Under the pieces are notes generated by a model. It did not search any database, was not told where the DNA came from, and saw only the letters and a list, made by a program, of their open reading frames with translations. This document shows positions 26,884 to 36,403 of a DNA stretch of 64,000 nt, piece after piece. Positions within the stretch are counted from its first letter, which is position 1; every line of letters starts with the position of its first letter. Made by a program: the position numbers and the translations under genes. Origin of the DNA: Lachnospiraceae bacterium (lineage in GTDB: Bacteria; Bacillota; Clostridia; Lachnospirales; Lachnospiraceae); the NCBI GenBank assembly GCA_020860645.1, contig JAJBTX010000068.1:2577-66576 (forward strand). The letters are read 5' to 3'.

Positions 26884-27894
26884 ATGAAGAACAGAAGATA
26901 TTGCCTTGCATTTCTCATACTGGCCGCACTGTTGCTCGTGCTTCTGGCGGTGAACGTCTGCATTGGCAGCGTCGGCATTCCCTTCGCGGAGGTGTTGCAC
27001 ATCCTAACCGGGCATGGTTCCGATGCAACCTATACTGACATTGTCATGCAGATCCGCCTGCCGCGCGCGCTGGCCGCGGCGATCCTCGGCGGAGCGCTGG
27101 CGCTGTCCGGCTATCTTCTGCAGACTTTCTTTCACAATCCGATCGCGGGTCCCTATATTCTCGGCATTTCGTCGGGCGCGAAGCTGGTCGTCGCGCTTGT
27201 GATGGTCTTTGCTCTGGGACAGGCGGCTGTTGTAAGCTCAGGAATGATGATTATCGCGGCATTCATCGGCTCCATGATCTCAATGGGTTTTGTGATTCTG
27301 ATGTCGCGCTATATGGAGCAGATGTCGATGCTGATCGTGTGCGGCGTTATGATCGGTTATATCTGCTCGGCGATCACGGAATTTGTCGTGACCTTTGCAG
27401 AAGATGCGGATATCGTGAATCTGCACAGCTGGTCGCAGGGAAGCTTCTCCGGTATCTCCTGGAATAATGTAATTGTGATGTCGGTCGTTGTTTTTCTCGC
27501 CTTCGCCGCGGTGTTTCTGATGTCGAAGCCGATCATGGCCTATCAGATGGGCGAGTCCTACGCGAGAAATATGGGGCTTAACATCCCCGTGTTCCGCGTG
27601 CTGCTGGTGCTGCTCTCCAGTATTCTGTCGGCCTGCGTGACCGCCTTTGCAGGGCCGGTTTCCTTTGTTGGTATCGCGGTGCCGCATCTGGTGAAGAGCC
27701 TTTTTAAGAGTTCCAGGCCGCTGCTTCTGATTCCCGGATGTTTTCTTGGCGGCGCTTCCTTCTGTCTGTTCTGCGACCTGCTCGCGCGGACACTGTTCGC
27801 GCCGACGGAGCTCTCGATCAGCACAGTGACCGCAGTCTTCGGCGCGCCGGTTGTCATTTACATTATGATACGGCGCAGAAAGGAGCGGGCGTAA
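26884..27894 (+). CDS. FecCD/BtuC-family ABC permease
   Basis: LPRALAAAILGGALALSGYLLQTFFHNPIAGPYILGISSGA is the FecCD signature region. ATG at 26884 preferred over the track start at 26845. Confidence 0.9.
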   Translation: MKNRRYCLAFLILAALLLVLLAVNVCIGSVGIPFAEVLHILTGHGSDATYTDIVMQIRLPRALAAAILGGALALSGYLLQTFFHNPIAGPYILGISSGAKLVVALVMVFALGQAAVVSSGMMIIAAFIGSMISMGFVILMSRYMEQMSMLIVCGVMIGYICSAITEFVVTFAEDADIVNLHSWSQGSFSGISWNNVIVMSVVVFLAFAAVFLMSKPIMAYQMGESYARNMGLNIPVFRVLLVLLSSILSACVTAFAGPVSFVGIAVPHLVKSLFKSSRPLLLIPGCFLGGASFCLFCDLLARTLFAPTELSISTVTAVFGAPVVIYIMIRRRKERA

Positions 27895-27898
27895 GCGG

Positions 27899-29002
27899 AT
27901 GAAGGGTGATATGATCTATTTCCGGACAGAGGGTCTGACGGTTGGCTACAACGGCGTTCCGCTGATCCGGGACATTGAATTGTCCATGAAGCGTGGGGAG
28001 ATCCTGACGCTGATCGGACCGAACGGAGCCGGGAAGACTACGATTCTGAAAAACATCATACGGCAGCTCGAACCGCTCGGCGGGACGGTGTTTCTCGACG
28101 GGCGGAAACTTCCGGAGCTTTCCGGACACGAGCTCTCGACGCAGATGTCGGTTGTACTGACCGAGCGGGTGAAGACGGAGCTTATGAGCTGCGAGGACGT
28201 CGTAGCCACCGGACGTTATCCCTATACCGGAAGGTTTGGCGTGCTTTCGGAGGAGGATCACCGCATCGTGCGGGAGTCGATGGAACTTGTTCATATCTCA
28301 GAGCTTAAGGAGCGCGATTTCTCCGAGACCAGTGATGGACAGAAGCAGCGTGTCATGCTGGCGCGGGCACTCTGTCAGCAGCCGGATATCCTTGTGCTCG
28401 ATGAGCCGACTTCTTTCCTCGACATACGCTACAAGCTGGAGTTCCTCTCGATCATTCAGGAAATGTCGCGACAGCATGGCCTCTCGGTTATCATGTCGCT
28501 GCATGAGCTCGATCTGGCGGGACGGATCTCGGACAAGCTTGCCTGCATCCGTGGAGACAAGGTGGACCGTTTCGGCACGCCGGAGGAGATCTTTACAGAG
28601 GGTTACATTCAGGAACTTTACCAGATGACGGTCGGTTCCTATGACGAGCGAACCGGCAATCTGGAACTGACGCCCGTCAAGGGCGAACCGGAGGTCTTCG
28701 TGATCGCCGGGAACGGCCGTGGCACGGATGTTTATCGAAGTCTGCAGCGGCGCGGCATTCCCTTCGCGACGGGTATCCTCTGGGAGAATGATCTCGACTT
28801 TCCGACGGCGCACGCGCTGGCGGCGGAGCTGGTCAGCGTACCGGCGTTTCACGAAATTTCTGCGGAGGAATTGGTGCGCGCGAAGAAGATCATGGATCGC
28901 TGCGGGCATGTGATCTGCACCTTTGAAAAAGGGGCATATTTGCCGGAAGGCCTGCAGGAGCTGGTCTCTTATGCACGGCATAAAGGTTACGAAAACATAT
29001 AA
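27899..29002 (+). CDS. ABC transporter ATP-binding protein (BtuD/FecE-like) with extra C-terminal domain
   Basis: Walker A GPNGAGKTT, signature SDGQKQRV, Walker B ILVLDEPTS. About 110 extra residues follow the canonical cassette. Confidence 0.9.
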   Translation: MKGDMIYFRTEGLTVGYNGVPLIRDIELSMKRGEILTLIGPNGAGKTTILKNIIRQLEPLGGTVFLDGRKLPELSGHELSTQMSVVLTERVKTELMSCEDVVATGRYPYTGRFGVLSEEDHRIVRESMELVHISELKERDFSETSDGQKQRVMLARALCQQPDILVLDEPTSFLDIRYKLEFLSIIQEMSRQHGLSVIMSLHELDLAGRISDKLACIRGDKVDRFGTPEEIFTEGYIQELYQMTVGSYDERTGNLELTPVKGEPEVFVIAGNGRGTDVYRSLQRRGIPFATGILWENDLDFPTAHALAAELVSVPAFHEISAEELVRAKKIMDRCGHVICTFEKGAYLPEGLQELVSYARHKGYENI

Positions 29003-29017
29003 AGGAGAATACAGAAT

Positions 29018-29716
29018 ATGGCTGGAAAAATTTACGGTATCGGGGTGGGACCGGGCGATCCGGAGCTGCTGACCCTGAAGGCAAAGAAAATACTGGACGC
29101 GGCGGATGTGATCGCCGTTCCGGTCAAGGAGGCGGGCGAGTACAGCACGGCGCTGGAGATCATCCGTCCGGTTGTCGATCTTAGTGGAAAGGAGATCGTC
29201 GAAGTCGTCTTCCGCATGCTGCGAGACGAGGAGGAGCGGAAGAAATGTCGCGCCGCGGCCTGTGAGCAGCTGGCGGATCTGCTGCGCGGCGGCAAGGATA
29301 TCGCGATGATTACGCTTGGCGATGTATCGGTCTACAGCACCTACATGTATGTGAATAATTATCTGGCGGAGGCTGGATTTGAGACGGAAATCATCCCGGG
29401 CATCCCGTCCTTCTGCAGTGGGGCGGCGAAGGCGCAGCTTGCGCTCATGGAGGGCAACGAGGGTCTGGCGATCGTGCCATCAGCGAAGGAGAATCTGCTC
29501 GTGGACGCCGTGCTCGATCATTTTGAAAATATTGTCGTCATGAAGGCGGGCGGCAGCATTGAGAAGCTGATCGAAAAGCTGAAAGCACGCGGTATTCTGC
29601 TCACTGCGGCGACCGTCTTAAGCTGTGTCGGCATGGAAAATGAGTATATCGGGCCGCTCGACCCGGAGCGCGAGTACAGCTATTTCACCACGGTCATCAT
29701 CAAGAAGGGGGAGTAA
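29018..29716 (+). CDS. cbiL: cobalt-precorrin-2 (cobalt-factor II) C20-methyltransferase
   Basis: [32 protein letters not shown] start, about 230 aa, with the [12 protein letters not shown] motif. Confidence 0.85.
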   Translation: MAGKIYGIGVGPGDPELLTLKAKKILDAADVIAVPVKEAGEYSTALEIIRPVVDLSGKEIVEVVFRMLRDEEERKKCRAAACEQLADLLRGGKDIAMITLGDVSVYSTYMYVNNYLAEAGFETEIIPGIPSFCSGAAKAQLALMEGNEGLAIVPSAKENLLVDAVLDHFENIVVMKAGGSIEKLIEKLKARGILLTAATVLSCVGMENEYIGPLDPEREYSYFTTVIIKKGE

Positions 29717-29722
29717 GAAATC

Positions 29723-30478
29723 ATGGTATCATTTATCGGAGCGGGACCCGGCGATCCGGAGCTCCTGACGATCAAGGGAAAGAAGATTATTGACAGCGCC
29801 GATGTAATCATCTACGCGGGTTCACTTGTCAACCCGCAGGTGCTTGCGGATGCGAAGGAGGGCGCGGTCATCTATAACAGCGCCACGATGAATCTCGACG
29901 AGGTGATCGCCGTCATGAAGGACGCGGAGGAGAAAGGTCTCAAGGTGGCGCGCGTGCACACCGGCGACCCGGCGATCTACGGCGCGCACCGGGAGCAGAT
30001 GGACCGTCTCGACGAGCTGGGCATCGACTATGAGGTGATTCCGGGTGTGAGCTCCTTCCTCGCGACCGCGGCGGTGCTGAAGAAGGAGTATACGCTGCCG
30101 GGCGTCAGCCAGACGGTGATCCTAACCCGGATGGAGGGCAGGACGCCGATGCCGCCGAAGGAGAAGCTGCTCGATCTCGCGCAGCACAACGCGACGATGA
30201 TCATCTTCCTGAGCGTCGGCATGCTGGACGAGATGTCCGAGATTCTGCGTCAGGCTTACCGCGATACCACGCCGGTGGCGGTCGTCTACAAGGCGACCTG
30301 GGAAGATCAGAAGATCGTGTACGGCGATCTCACCAATATCGCGGAGCGCGTGCGGGAGGCCGGTATTCGCAAGACAGCCCTCACGGTCGTCGGCGATTTT
30401 CTGGGGGATGAATATGAGCTGTCAAAGCTCTACGATAAGACCTTTACCACAGAATTCCGAAAAGGAGTGACAGACTGA
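29723..30478 (+). CDS. cbiF: cobalt-precorrin-4 C11-methyltransferase
   Basis: [31 protein letters not shown] and ARVHTGDPAIYGA motifs. Confidence 0.88.
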   Translation: MVSFIGAGPGDPELLTIKGKKIIDSADVIIYAGSLVNPQVLADAKEGAVIYNSATMNLDEVIAVMKDAEEKGLKVARVHTGDPAIYGAHREQMDRLDELGIDYEVIPGVSSFLATAAVLKKEYTLPGVSQTVILTRMEGRTPMPPKEKLLDLAQHNATMIIFLSVGMLDEMSEILRQAYRDTTPVAVVYKATWEDQKIVYGDLTNIAERVREAGIRKTALTVVGDFLGDEYELSKLYDKTFTTEFRKGVTD

Positions 30479-31659
30479 TGGGTATCACACTGATCAGCAT
30501 CAGCCATCAGGCGGCGCCGCTTCACATCCGGGAGATGTTCGCATTTCCGGAGGAGGTACAGGCTGAGCTGATGAAGCAGATGATCGGGAAGGGCATTGCG
30601 GATGAGTGCGTGATCATCAGCACCTGCAACCGGACCGAGGTTTACACGTATTCGGAATGTCCGGACAGCAATTTTGCTGCCATGCAGGAGCTGCTGCTCG
30701 AATTTGCGAACGCGCAGGATGTAGAGCACATGGGCGATTATATCCGGCTTTACAGTGGATCAAAGGCGATCCGCCATCTGTTCCGCGTGACCGCGGGGCT
30801 GGACTCGATGGTGATGGGCGAGGATCAGATTCTCGGCCAGGTAAAGCGCGCGCATGAGTTCGCGCACGAGACGGGGAGCTGCGGCGTGTACCTGAATACG
30901 CTGTTCCGCTACGCGGTGACCGCGGCGAAGAAGGTGAAGACCGAGACGGATCTTTCCCGTACGACGGTGTCGACGGCGACGATGGCGATCAAGGCGGCCG
31001 AACAGACCTTCGGCTCGCTGCATGGGAAGAAAGTCATGCTGATCGGCGCCTCCGGCAAGATCGGCAGCACGGTGCTCAAGAATCTGCAGTGTATCGAGGG
31101 GGCGGAAGTCTACATCACGGCCCGGAATATGGGACAAGCAAGCGCGGACCCGCACCACAAGATCAGCTACCAGGTCATGGACTATGAGAAACGCTATGAG
31201 CTTGTCAATGAGATGGACGTGATCGTCAGCGCGACGTCGAGTCCTCACTATACGCTCACTTATGATAACCTCGCGAAATGTCTTGTGACGGAGAAGCCCC
31301 GTGTGCTGGTCGATCTGGCGGTGCCGATCGATATCGATGCGCGCGCGGAGAAGCTGCCCGGCGTGAAGCGCTACGATATCGACGACTTCCGCGAGCTGGC
31401 GGCCGCAAACAATGAGAAGAAGCAGCACGAGGCGCTCGAGGCGGAGCAGATGCTCGAGGAGTCCCGCAAGGATTTTGAGCGCTGGATGATCTTCCAACAA
31501 GGGCTGCCAATGATCGCGAAGACGAAGGAGTGGATGCTGCGTGAGGCGGAAAAGAAGGGTTTTGAGAGGGCGATTGACAAGATGTTTTACCGGCTGCGGG
31601 ATAATTCTGAGCCGGAGGAACTGCGGGCTTTCCTTGAGCATCTTGGAAACGCAGAGTAA
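30478..31659 (+). CDS. hemA: glutamyl-tRNA reductase
   Basis: ISHQAAPLHIRE, STCNRTEVY catalytic Cys motif and GASGKIG NADPH site. The start overlaps the cbiF stop (TGATG). Confidence 0.88.
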   Translation: MGITLISISHQAAPLHIREMFAFPEEVQAELMKQMIGKGIADECVIISTCNRTEVYTYSECPDSNFAAMQELLLEFANAQDVEHMGDYIRLYSGSKAIRHLFRVTAGLDSMVMGEDQILGQVKRAHEFAHETGSCGVYLNTLFRYAVTAAKKVKTETDLSRTTVSTATMAIKAAEQTFGSLHGKKVMLIGASGKIGSTVLKNLQCIEGAEVYITARNMGQASADPHHKISYQVMDYEKRYELVNEMDVIVSATSSPHYTLTYDNLAKCLVTEKPRVLVDLAVPIDIDARAEKLPGVKRYDIDDFRELAAANNEKKQHEALEAEQMLEESRKDFERWMIFQQGLPMIAKTKEWMLREAEKKGFERAIDKMFYRLRDNSEPEELRAFLEHLGNAE

Positions 31660-31673
31660 GGGAGGATTTTTTC

Positions 31674-32411
31674 ATGGGCAAATTATATGTGGTTGGCTTC
31701 GGCCCTGGCGGGAAGGAGCACATGACGCAGAAGGCGATCGACGTGATCACGCAGGCGGACGTCGTGACCGGTTACACCACTTACGTCAATATTCTGAAGG
31801 AATATTTTCCGGATAAGAAATACATCGCGACGCCGATGATGCAGGAGGTAAAGCGCTGTGAGATGGCGGTCGAGGAGGCGATGAAGGACCAGACGGTCGT
31901 GATGGTCTCCAGCGGTGACAGCGGTATCTACGGCATGGCCGGTATCATCTATCAGGTGGCGGATGAGAAGCAGGCGGATATCGAGATCGAGACCGTGCCG
32001 GGCGTGACCGCGGCCAGTGCGGCGGCCTCCGTCCTGGGCGCGCCGCTGATGCACGACTTCGCGGTGATTTCCTTAAGCGATCTGATGACGCCGCTTGAGC
32101 TCATCATGAAGCGCGTGGACTGCGCGGGAGCCGGCGACCTGATCGTCTGCCTCTACAATCCGAAGAGCAAAAAGCGCACCGGCTATGTGGAGCAGGCGGC
32201 GGACATTCTGATGAAGTACCGCTCCGATAAGACGCCGGTCGGCATTGTGCGGAACGCGGGCAGGAGCGATGAATCCTCCTGCATCACGACGCTCGGAGAA
32301 CTGAAAAACGCGGAGATCGACATGTTCAGCGTCGTCATCATCGGAAATTCCCAGACCTACACAAAGAATGGGAGAATGATTACACCGAGGGGCTACGCGG
32401 TGAATCGGTGA
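31674..32411 (+). CDS. cbiH: cobalt-precorrin-3 (cobalt-factor III) C17-methyltransferase
   Basis: KLYVVGFGPGGKEHMTQKA..ADVVTGYTTYV and SSGDSGIYGMAG motifs. Confidence 0.88.
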   Translation: MGKLYVVGFGPGGKEHMTQKAIDVITQADVVTGYTTYVNILKEYFPDKKYIATPMMQEVKRCEMAVEEAMKDQTVVMVSSGDSGIYGMAGIIYQVADEKQADIEIETVPGVTAASAAASVLGAPLMHDFAVISLSDLMTPLELIMKRVDCAGAGDLIVCLYNPKSKKRTGYVEQAADILMKYRSDKTPVGIVRNAGRSDESSCITTLGELKNAEIDMFSVVIIGNSQTYTKNGRMITPRGYAVNR

Positions 32412-32434
32412 GCCGTGCGACGCAGGGAGGAATT

Positions 32435-34816
32435 ATGCAGAGTATCATACGTATCGGGACCAGAAAGAGTAAGCTCGCTCTGGTTCAGACGGAGACCGTA
32501 AAACAGAAGATCGAGGAGCTTTTCCCGGAAATCCAGGTGGAGCTGGTGACCTTTTCGACAAAGGGCGACGAGCTGCTCGACCGCTCACTCACTTCCTTTG
32601 GCGGGAAGGGCGTGTTCACGAAGGAGCTCGAGGAGGCGCTGCTGAGCGGAGAGATTGATCTTGCCGTGCACAGCGCGAAGGACATGCCGATGGAGTTCCC
32701 GGAGGGACTGCAGATCGGCGCGGTTCTGCCGCGCGCGGCGGTGGAGGATGTGATTGTCACGCGTGATGGAACGCCGCTTGCGGAGCTCGTTCCGGGCAGC
32801 GTCGTCGGTACGAGCAGCCTCCGCAGGGAGCTGCAGATCCGCAGAATCCATCCCCTTGTGAAGATTCAAATGCTGCGCGGCAACGTGCAGACGCGGCTCC
32901 GTAAGCTGTCCGAGGGGCAGTACGACGCGATCGTCCTCGCGGCGGCGGGTCTTAAACGCCTGGGCCTCGATCAGGATTCTTCTTTCCATTATGAATATCT
33001 TACGCCGGAGCAGTGCCTCCCGGCAGCAGGACAGGCGATCCTCGCGGTGGAGAGCCGGGAGGGGCGTCTCACGGAGTTGCTTGAGAAGCTGAACGACCCG
33101 CGTTCGGCAGTGATGCTGAGTGCGGAGCGCGCGTTTCTGACAGAGATCGGCGGCAGCTGCAACGCGCCAGCGGCGGCGCTCAGCCGCCTGGACGGGGATA
33201 CCCTTCGCATGGACGCGATGTTCGCTTCCGACGGCATTCACATGAAAAAAGTTTCCGGGGAAAGCGTGACCGGACTGGATACCGGGAAAGCGGCGGAGCT
33301 CGGCACAGCGCTCGCGAAAAAGATACGGACGGGCAAGGTCTGGCTTGTCGGCGCCGGTCCCGGGAATAAGGACCTGATCACGCAGAAGTGCCTTTCCTGC
33401 GTGCGCGCGGCGGATGTGATTGTCTATGACAGTCTCGCGACGGATTCGCTTTTAAATGAGGCGAGACCCGACGCGGAGCTTATCTATGCGGGGAAGCGTT
33501 CGTCCCATCATCATCTGAAGCAGGAGGAGACGAATGCGCTGCTGATCCGTCTGGCGAAGGAGGGAAAGAATGTCGTGCGCCTCAAAGGCGGCGATCCCTT
33601 CATCTTCGGGCGAGGCGGCGAGGAAGCCGAGGAACTGCTGGCGGCGGAGGTTCCCTTTGAGATCGTCTGCGGCGTGTCGTCCTGCTACAGCGCTCCGGCC
33701 TATGCGGGGATCCCGGTGACGCATCGCGATCACGCCTCTTCCTTCCATGTGATCACGGGTCACGAAGGCAGCCACAAGACGGCGAATGTGCTCGACTACG
33801 CGACGCTCGCGCGGGAGGAGGGGACGCTCATCTTTTTGATGGGATTGAAGAATCTCCCGAATATTGTGAAAAATCTGATCGAAAATGGTAAAGATAAGAA
33901 TACGCCCGCCGCGGTGATTCAGGAGGGCACGACCGCGCGGCAGAAGGTGGCGGTGGGAACGCTTGCCACGATCGTGGAGGATGCGGCGAAGGCAGGGATT
34001 CAGACCCCGGCGATCACCGTCGTCGGTGATGTGGCAACGCTTCGCGAAAGGATTGACTGGTTCGGGAAAGAGCCACTCTCCGGGAAACGGGTGCTTCTGA
34101 CCGCGACGCCGAAGATGGCGCAGGAGCAGGCGGAGGTCCTTGAGGCGGAGGGGGCGGAGACGATTCGTTTCAGCCTGATCTATACGCAGCCGCTTCTCTC
34201 GGAGGAAATCGCCCGGGCGGTGGTGCAGCTCTCGGATTACAGCTGGCTTGTCTTCACGAGCAGCAACGGCGTGGATATTTTCTTTGATTACCTGCTGGAG
34301 TGCGGGAAGGACCTGCGCAGTCTTGCCGGGATCAGGCTTGCGGTGATCGGCGAGGGGACGCGGCGCGCACTTGCCGCGCGCGGCCTGCAGGCCGATTTCG
34401 TGCCGGCTTCCTTCAGCAGCAAAGCGCTTGCGAAGGAGTGGATCCCGACGCTCACAAAGAATGACCGCGTGCTGCTTCTGCGCGCGGAAGAGGCGTCGCA
34501 GGAACTGAACCGCGCGCTTGACGCGGCGGGCATTTCCTATACGGCGGACGCGCTCTACCGCACGGCGGTCGATACGCGCAAAGAGGAGGAGCTGCGCCGC
34601 CTTCTGCAGGATGTGGACTATGTGACTCTGTGCAGCGCCTCCGCGGCGCGGGCCTTTGCTTCGATGACGCAGGGACTGGAATACAGTGCGCAGGTCGTCT
34701 GCATTGGCCCGGTGACCGAGAAGGCTGCGCGTGCGGAAGGAATCCCGGTGGGACAGTCCGCGGTGGTCTATGACGCGGAGGGAATCCGGAATGTGCTGCT
34801 CTATGAGGTGAGGTAA
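32435..34816 (+). CDS. trifunctional fusion: hydroxymethylbilane synthase / uroporphyrinogen-III C-methyltransferase / uroporphyrinogen-III synthase
   Basis: HemC part (IRIGTRKSKLALVQTE, GGSCNAPAAA) runs to about 33330. CobA part (VWLVGAGPGNKDLIT, RLKGGDPFIFGRGGEE) runs to about 34060. HemD part runs from about 34080. ATG at 32435 follows AGGGAGGA. Confidence 0.88.
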   Translation: MQSIIRIGTRKSKLALVQTETVKQKIEELFPEIQVELVTFSTKGDELLDRSLTSFGGKGVFTKELEEALLSGEIDLAVHSAKDMPMEFPEGLQIGAVLPRAAVEDVIVTRDGTPLAELVPGSVVGTSSLRRELQIRRIHPLVKIQMLRGNVQTRLRKLSEGQYDAIVLAAAGLKRLGLDQDSSFHYEYLTPEQCLPAAGQAILAVESREGRLTELLEKLNDPRSAVMLSAERAFLTEIGGSCNAPAAALSRLDGDTLRMDAMFASDGIHMKKVSGESVTGLDTGKAAELGTALAKKIRTGKVWLVGAGPGNKDLITQKCLSCVRAADVIVYDSLATDSLLNEARPDAELIYAGKRSSHHHLKQEETNALLIRLAKEGKNVVRLKGGDPFIFGRGGEEAEELLAAEVPFEIVCGVSSCYSAPAYAGIPVTHRDHASSFHVITGHEGSHKTANVLDYATLAREEGTLIFLMGLKNLPNIVKNLIENGKDKNTPAAVIQEGTTARQKVAVGTLATIVEDAAKAGIQTPAITVVGDVATLRERIDWFGKEPLSGKRVLLTATPKMAQEQAEVLEAEGAETIRFSLIYTQPLLSEEIARAVVQLSDYSWLVFTSSNGVDIFFDYLLECGKDLRSLAGIRLAVIGEGTRRALAARGLQADFVPASFSSKALAKEWIPTLTKNDRVLLLRAEEASQELNRALDAAGISYTADALYRTAVDTRKEEELRRLLQDVDYVTLCSASAARAFASMTQGLEYSAQVVCIGPVTEKAARAEGIPVGQSAVVYDAEGIRNVLLYEVR

Positions 34817-34818
34817 AG

Positions 34819-35877
34819 ATGGAACTTCTGCACGGCGGGAATATTTATGATGAAAATCTGAACAGGGAAGAGGCTGCCCCGCTTCTCGACTTCTCCGCGA
34901 ACATTAATCCGCTGGGGATGCCGGACAGCGTGCGGTGCGCCGTATGTGCTTCCCTCGATCTGGCGCACAATTATCCGGATCCGCTTTGCCGGAAGCTGCG
35001 TACGGCGCTGTCGGAGGAATATGCTCTTCCGGCAGAGTTTTTTCTGTGCGGCAACGGCGGCGCGGATCTGATTTACCGCCTGGCCTATGCCCTGCGCCCG
35101 GAAAAGGCTCTGCTGACGGCACCGACTTTCGCGGAGTATGAAGAGGCCCTGAAGCAGACAGACACGGAGCTCTGCTTCTATGAGATGCAGAAGGATTTCG
35201 TCGTGCGGGAGGATATCCTTGCGCGGATGGACGAGTCCGTCGATGTGATGTTTCTGTGCAATCCGAACAATCCGACCGGACTGCTCGTGGATCAGGAGCT
35301 GCTGCCCCGCATTCTGGAAAAGGCGCGGCAGTGCGGGATTCTGCTCGCGCTGGACGAGTGTTTTCTTGATTTCACCGGGCAGCCGGAGCGCTCTCTTGTC
35401 CCATACGTGGTGCAGTCGCCCGGTCTTTTGATCCTGAAATCCTTCACCAAGATGTATGCGATGCCGGGTCTGCGGCTCGGCTACTGTATCTGTTCGGATC
35501 AGGCGCTTCTTTCCCGTATGGCCGTGGCGGGGCAGTGCTGGGGCGTCAGCATTCCCGCCTCCGAGGCCGGGATTGCCGCGCTGAAGGAAAAAGAATACAC
35601 GCAGCGTGTGATCGGCCTCGTGCGGGAGGAGCGCGCATTTCTGAAAACGGAGCTGGAGAAGCTGGGCTTCGAGGTCTGGGACGGGCAGGCGGATTATCTT
35701 TTCTTCCGCGCGCCGGGCGTGTACGATCTTTACGAACGGCTTCTGCCGCAGCGCATTCTGATCCGCCGCTGCGCGAATTACCGTGGCCTGGACGGGACAT
35801 ATTACCGTGTCGCCGTGAAGAGTCATGAGGAAAATATGCGGCTGCTGGGGGCGCTTGCAGGCTGTTCCGAAAAATAA
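34819..35877 (+). CDS. cobD: threonine-phosphate decarboxylase (class I/II aminotransferase fold)
   Basis: HGGNIY..DFSANINPLG start, NPNNPTG and SFTKMYAMPGLRLGY PLP-lysine motif. Sits in a cobalamin operon. Confidence 0.82.
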   Translation: MELLHGGNIYDENLNREEAAPLLDFSANINPLGMPDSVRCAVCASLDLAHNYPDPLCRKLRTALSEEYALPAEFFLCGNGGADLIYRLAYALRPEKALLTAPTFAEYEEALKQTDTELCFYEMQKDFVVREDILARMDESVDVMFLCNPNNPTGLLVDQELLPRILEKARQCGILLALDECFLDFTGQPERSLVPYVVQSPGLLILKSFTKMYAMPGLRLGYCICSDQALLSRMAVAGQCWGVSIPASEAGIAALKEKEYTQRVIGLVREERAFLKTELEKLGFEVWDGQADYLFFRAPGVYDLYERLLPQRILIRRCANYRGLDGTYYRVAVKSHEENMRLLGALAGCSEK

Positions 35878-35889
35878 GAAAGCCTTTTG

Positions 35890-35918
35890 TTGTAAAACAG
35901 GGCTGAATCATGTATAAT
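35890..35918 (+). promoter_or_regulatory. sigma-A promoter TTGTAA-17-TATAAT upstream of nfeD
   Basis: -35 at 35890-35895, 17-nt spacer, consensus -10 at 35913-35918. Confidence 0.5.
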
Positions 35919-35949
35919 AAACATAGCTCTGGCAAAGGAGGTAGAGACT

Positions 35950-36402
35950 ATGCTGCTAACAACCCCGCCGATTATGTGGCTTGTGCTGCTGATCGCGCTT
36001 CTGGCTGTCGAGGCTGTGACGCTCGGCCTCACGACGATCTGGTTTGCGGGCGGCGCTGCCGCAGCATTCGTAGCTGCCCTTGCCGGTGCGAATCTCACGG
36101 TTCAGATTACGATTTTCGTTGTGCTTTCCCTTGTGCTTCTGATTGTCACACGCCCTCTGGCGGTGCGCTATATGCAGAAGGACCATGTGAAGACGAACGC
36201 GGACAGCCTGATCGGACAGCACGCGCTCGTGACGGAGGAGATCAGCAATCTTGACCAGACCGGCGAGGTGGTGATCGCCGGCGTAGGCTGGATGACCCGC
36301 AGCCGCAGGGAAGAGGATATCATACCTGTGGGCAGCAGGGTCAGAATCTGTGCGATAGAGGGAGTCAAGCTTATCGTGGAAGAAATCAAGGAGGAAAACT
36401 GA
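35950..36402 (+). CDS. NfeD family membrane protein
   Basis: Two or three N-terminal TM segments plus a C-terminal OB-like domain. Directly precedes an SPFH gene, the classic NfeD-SPFH pair. Confidence 0.8.
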   Translation: MLLTTPPIMWLVLLIALLAVEAVTLGLTTIWFAGGAAAAFVAALAGANLTVQITIFVVLSLVLLIVTRPLAVRYMQKDHVKTNADSLIGQHALVTEEISNLDQTGEVVIAGVGWMTRSRREEDIIPVGSRVRICAIEGVKLIVEEIKEEN

Positions 36403-36403
36403 T

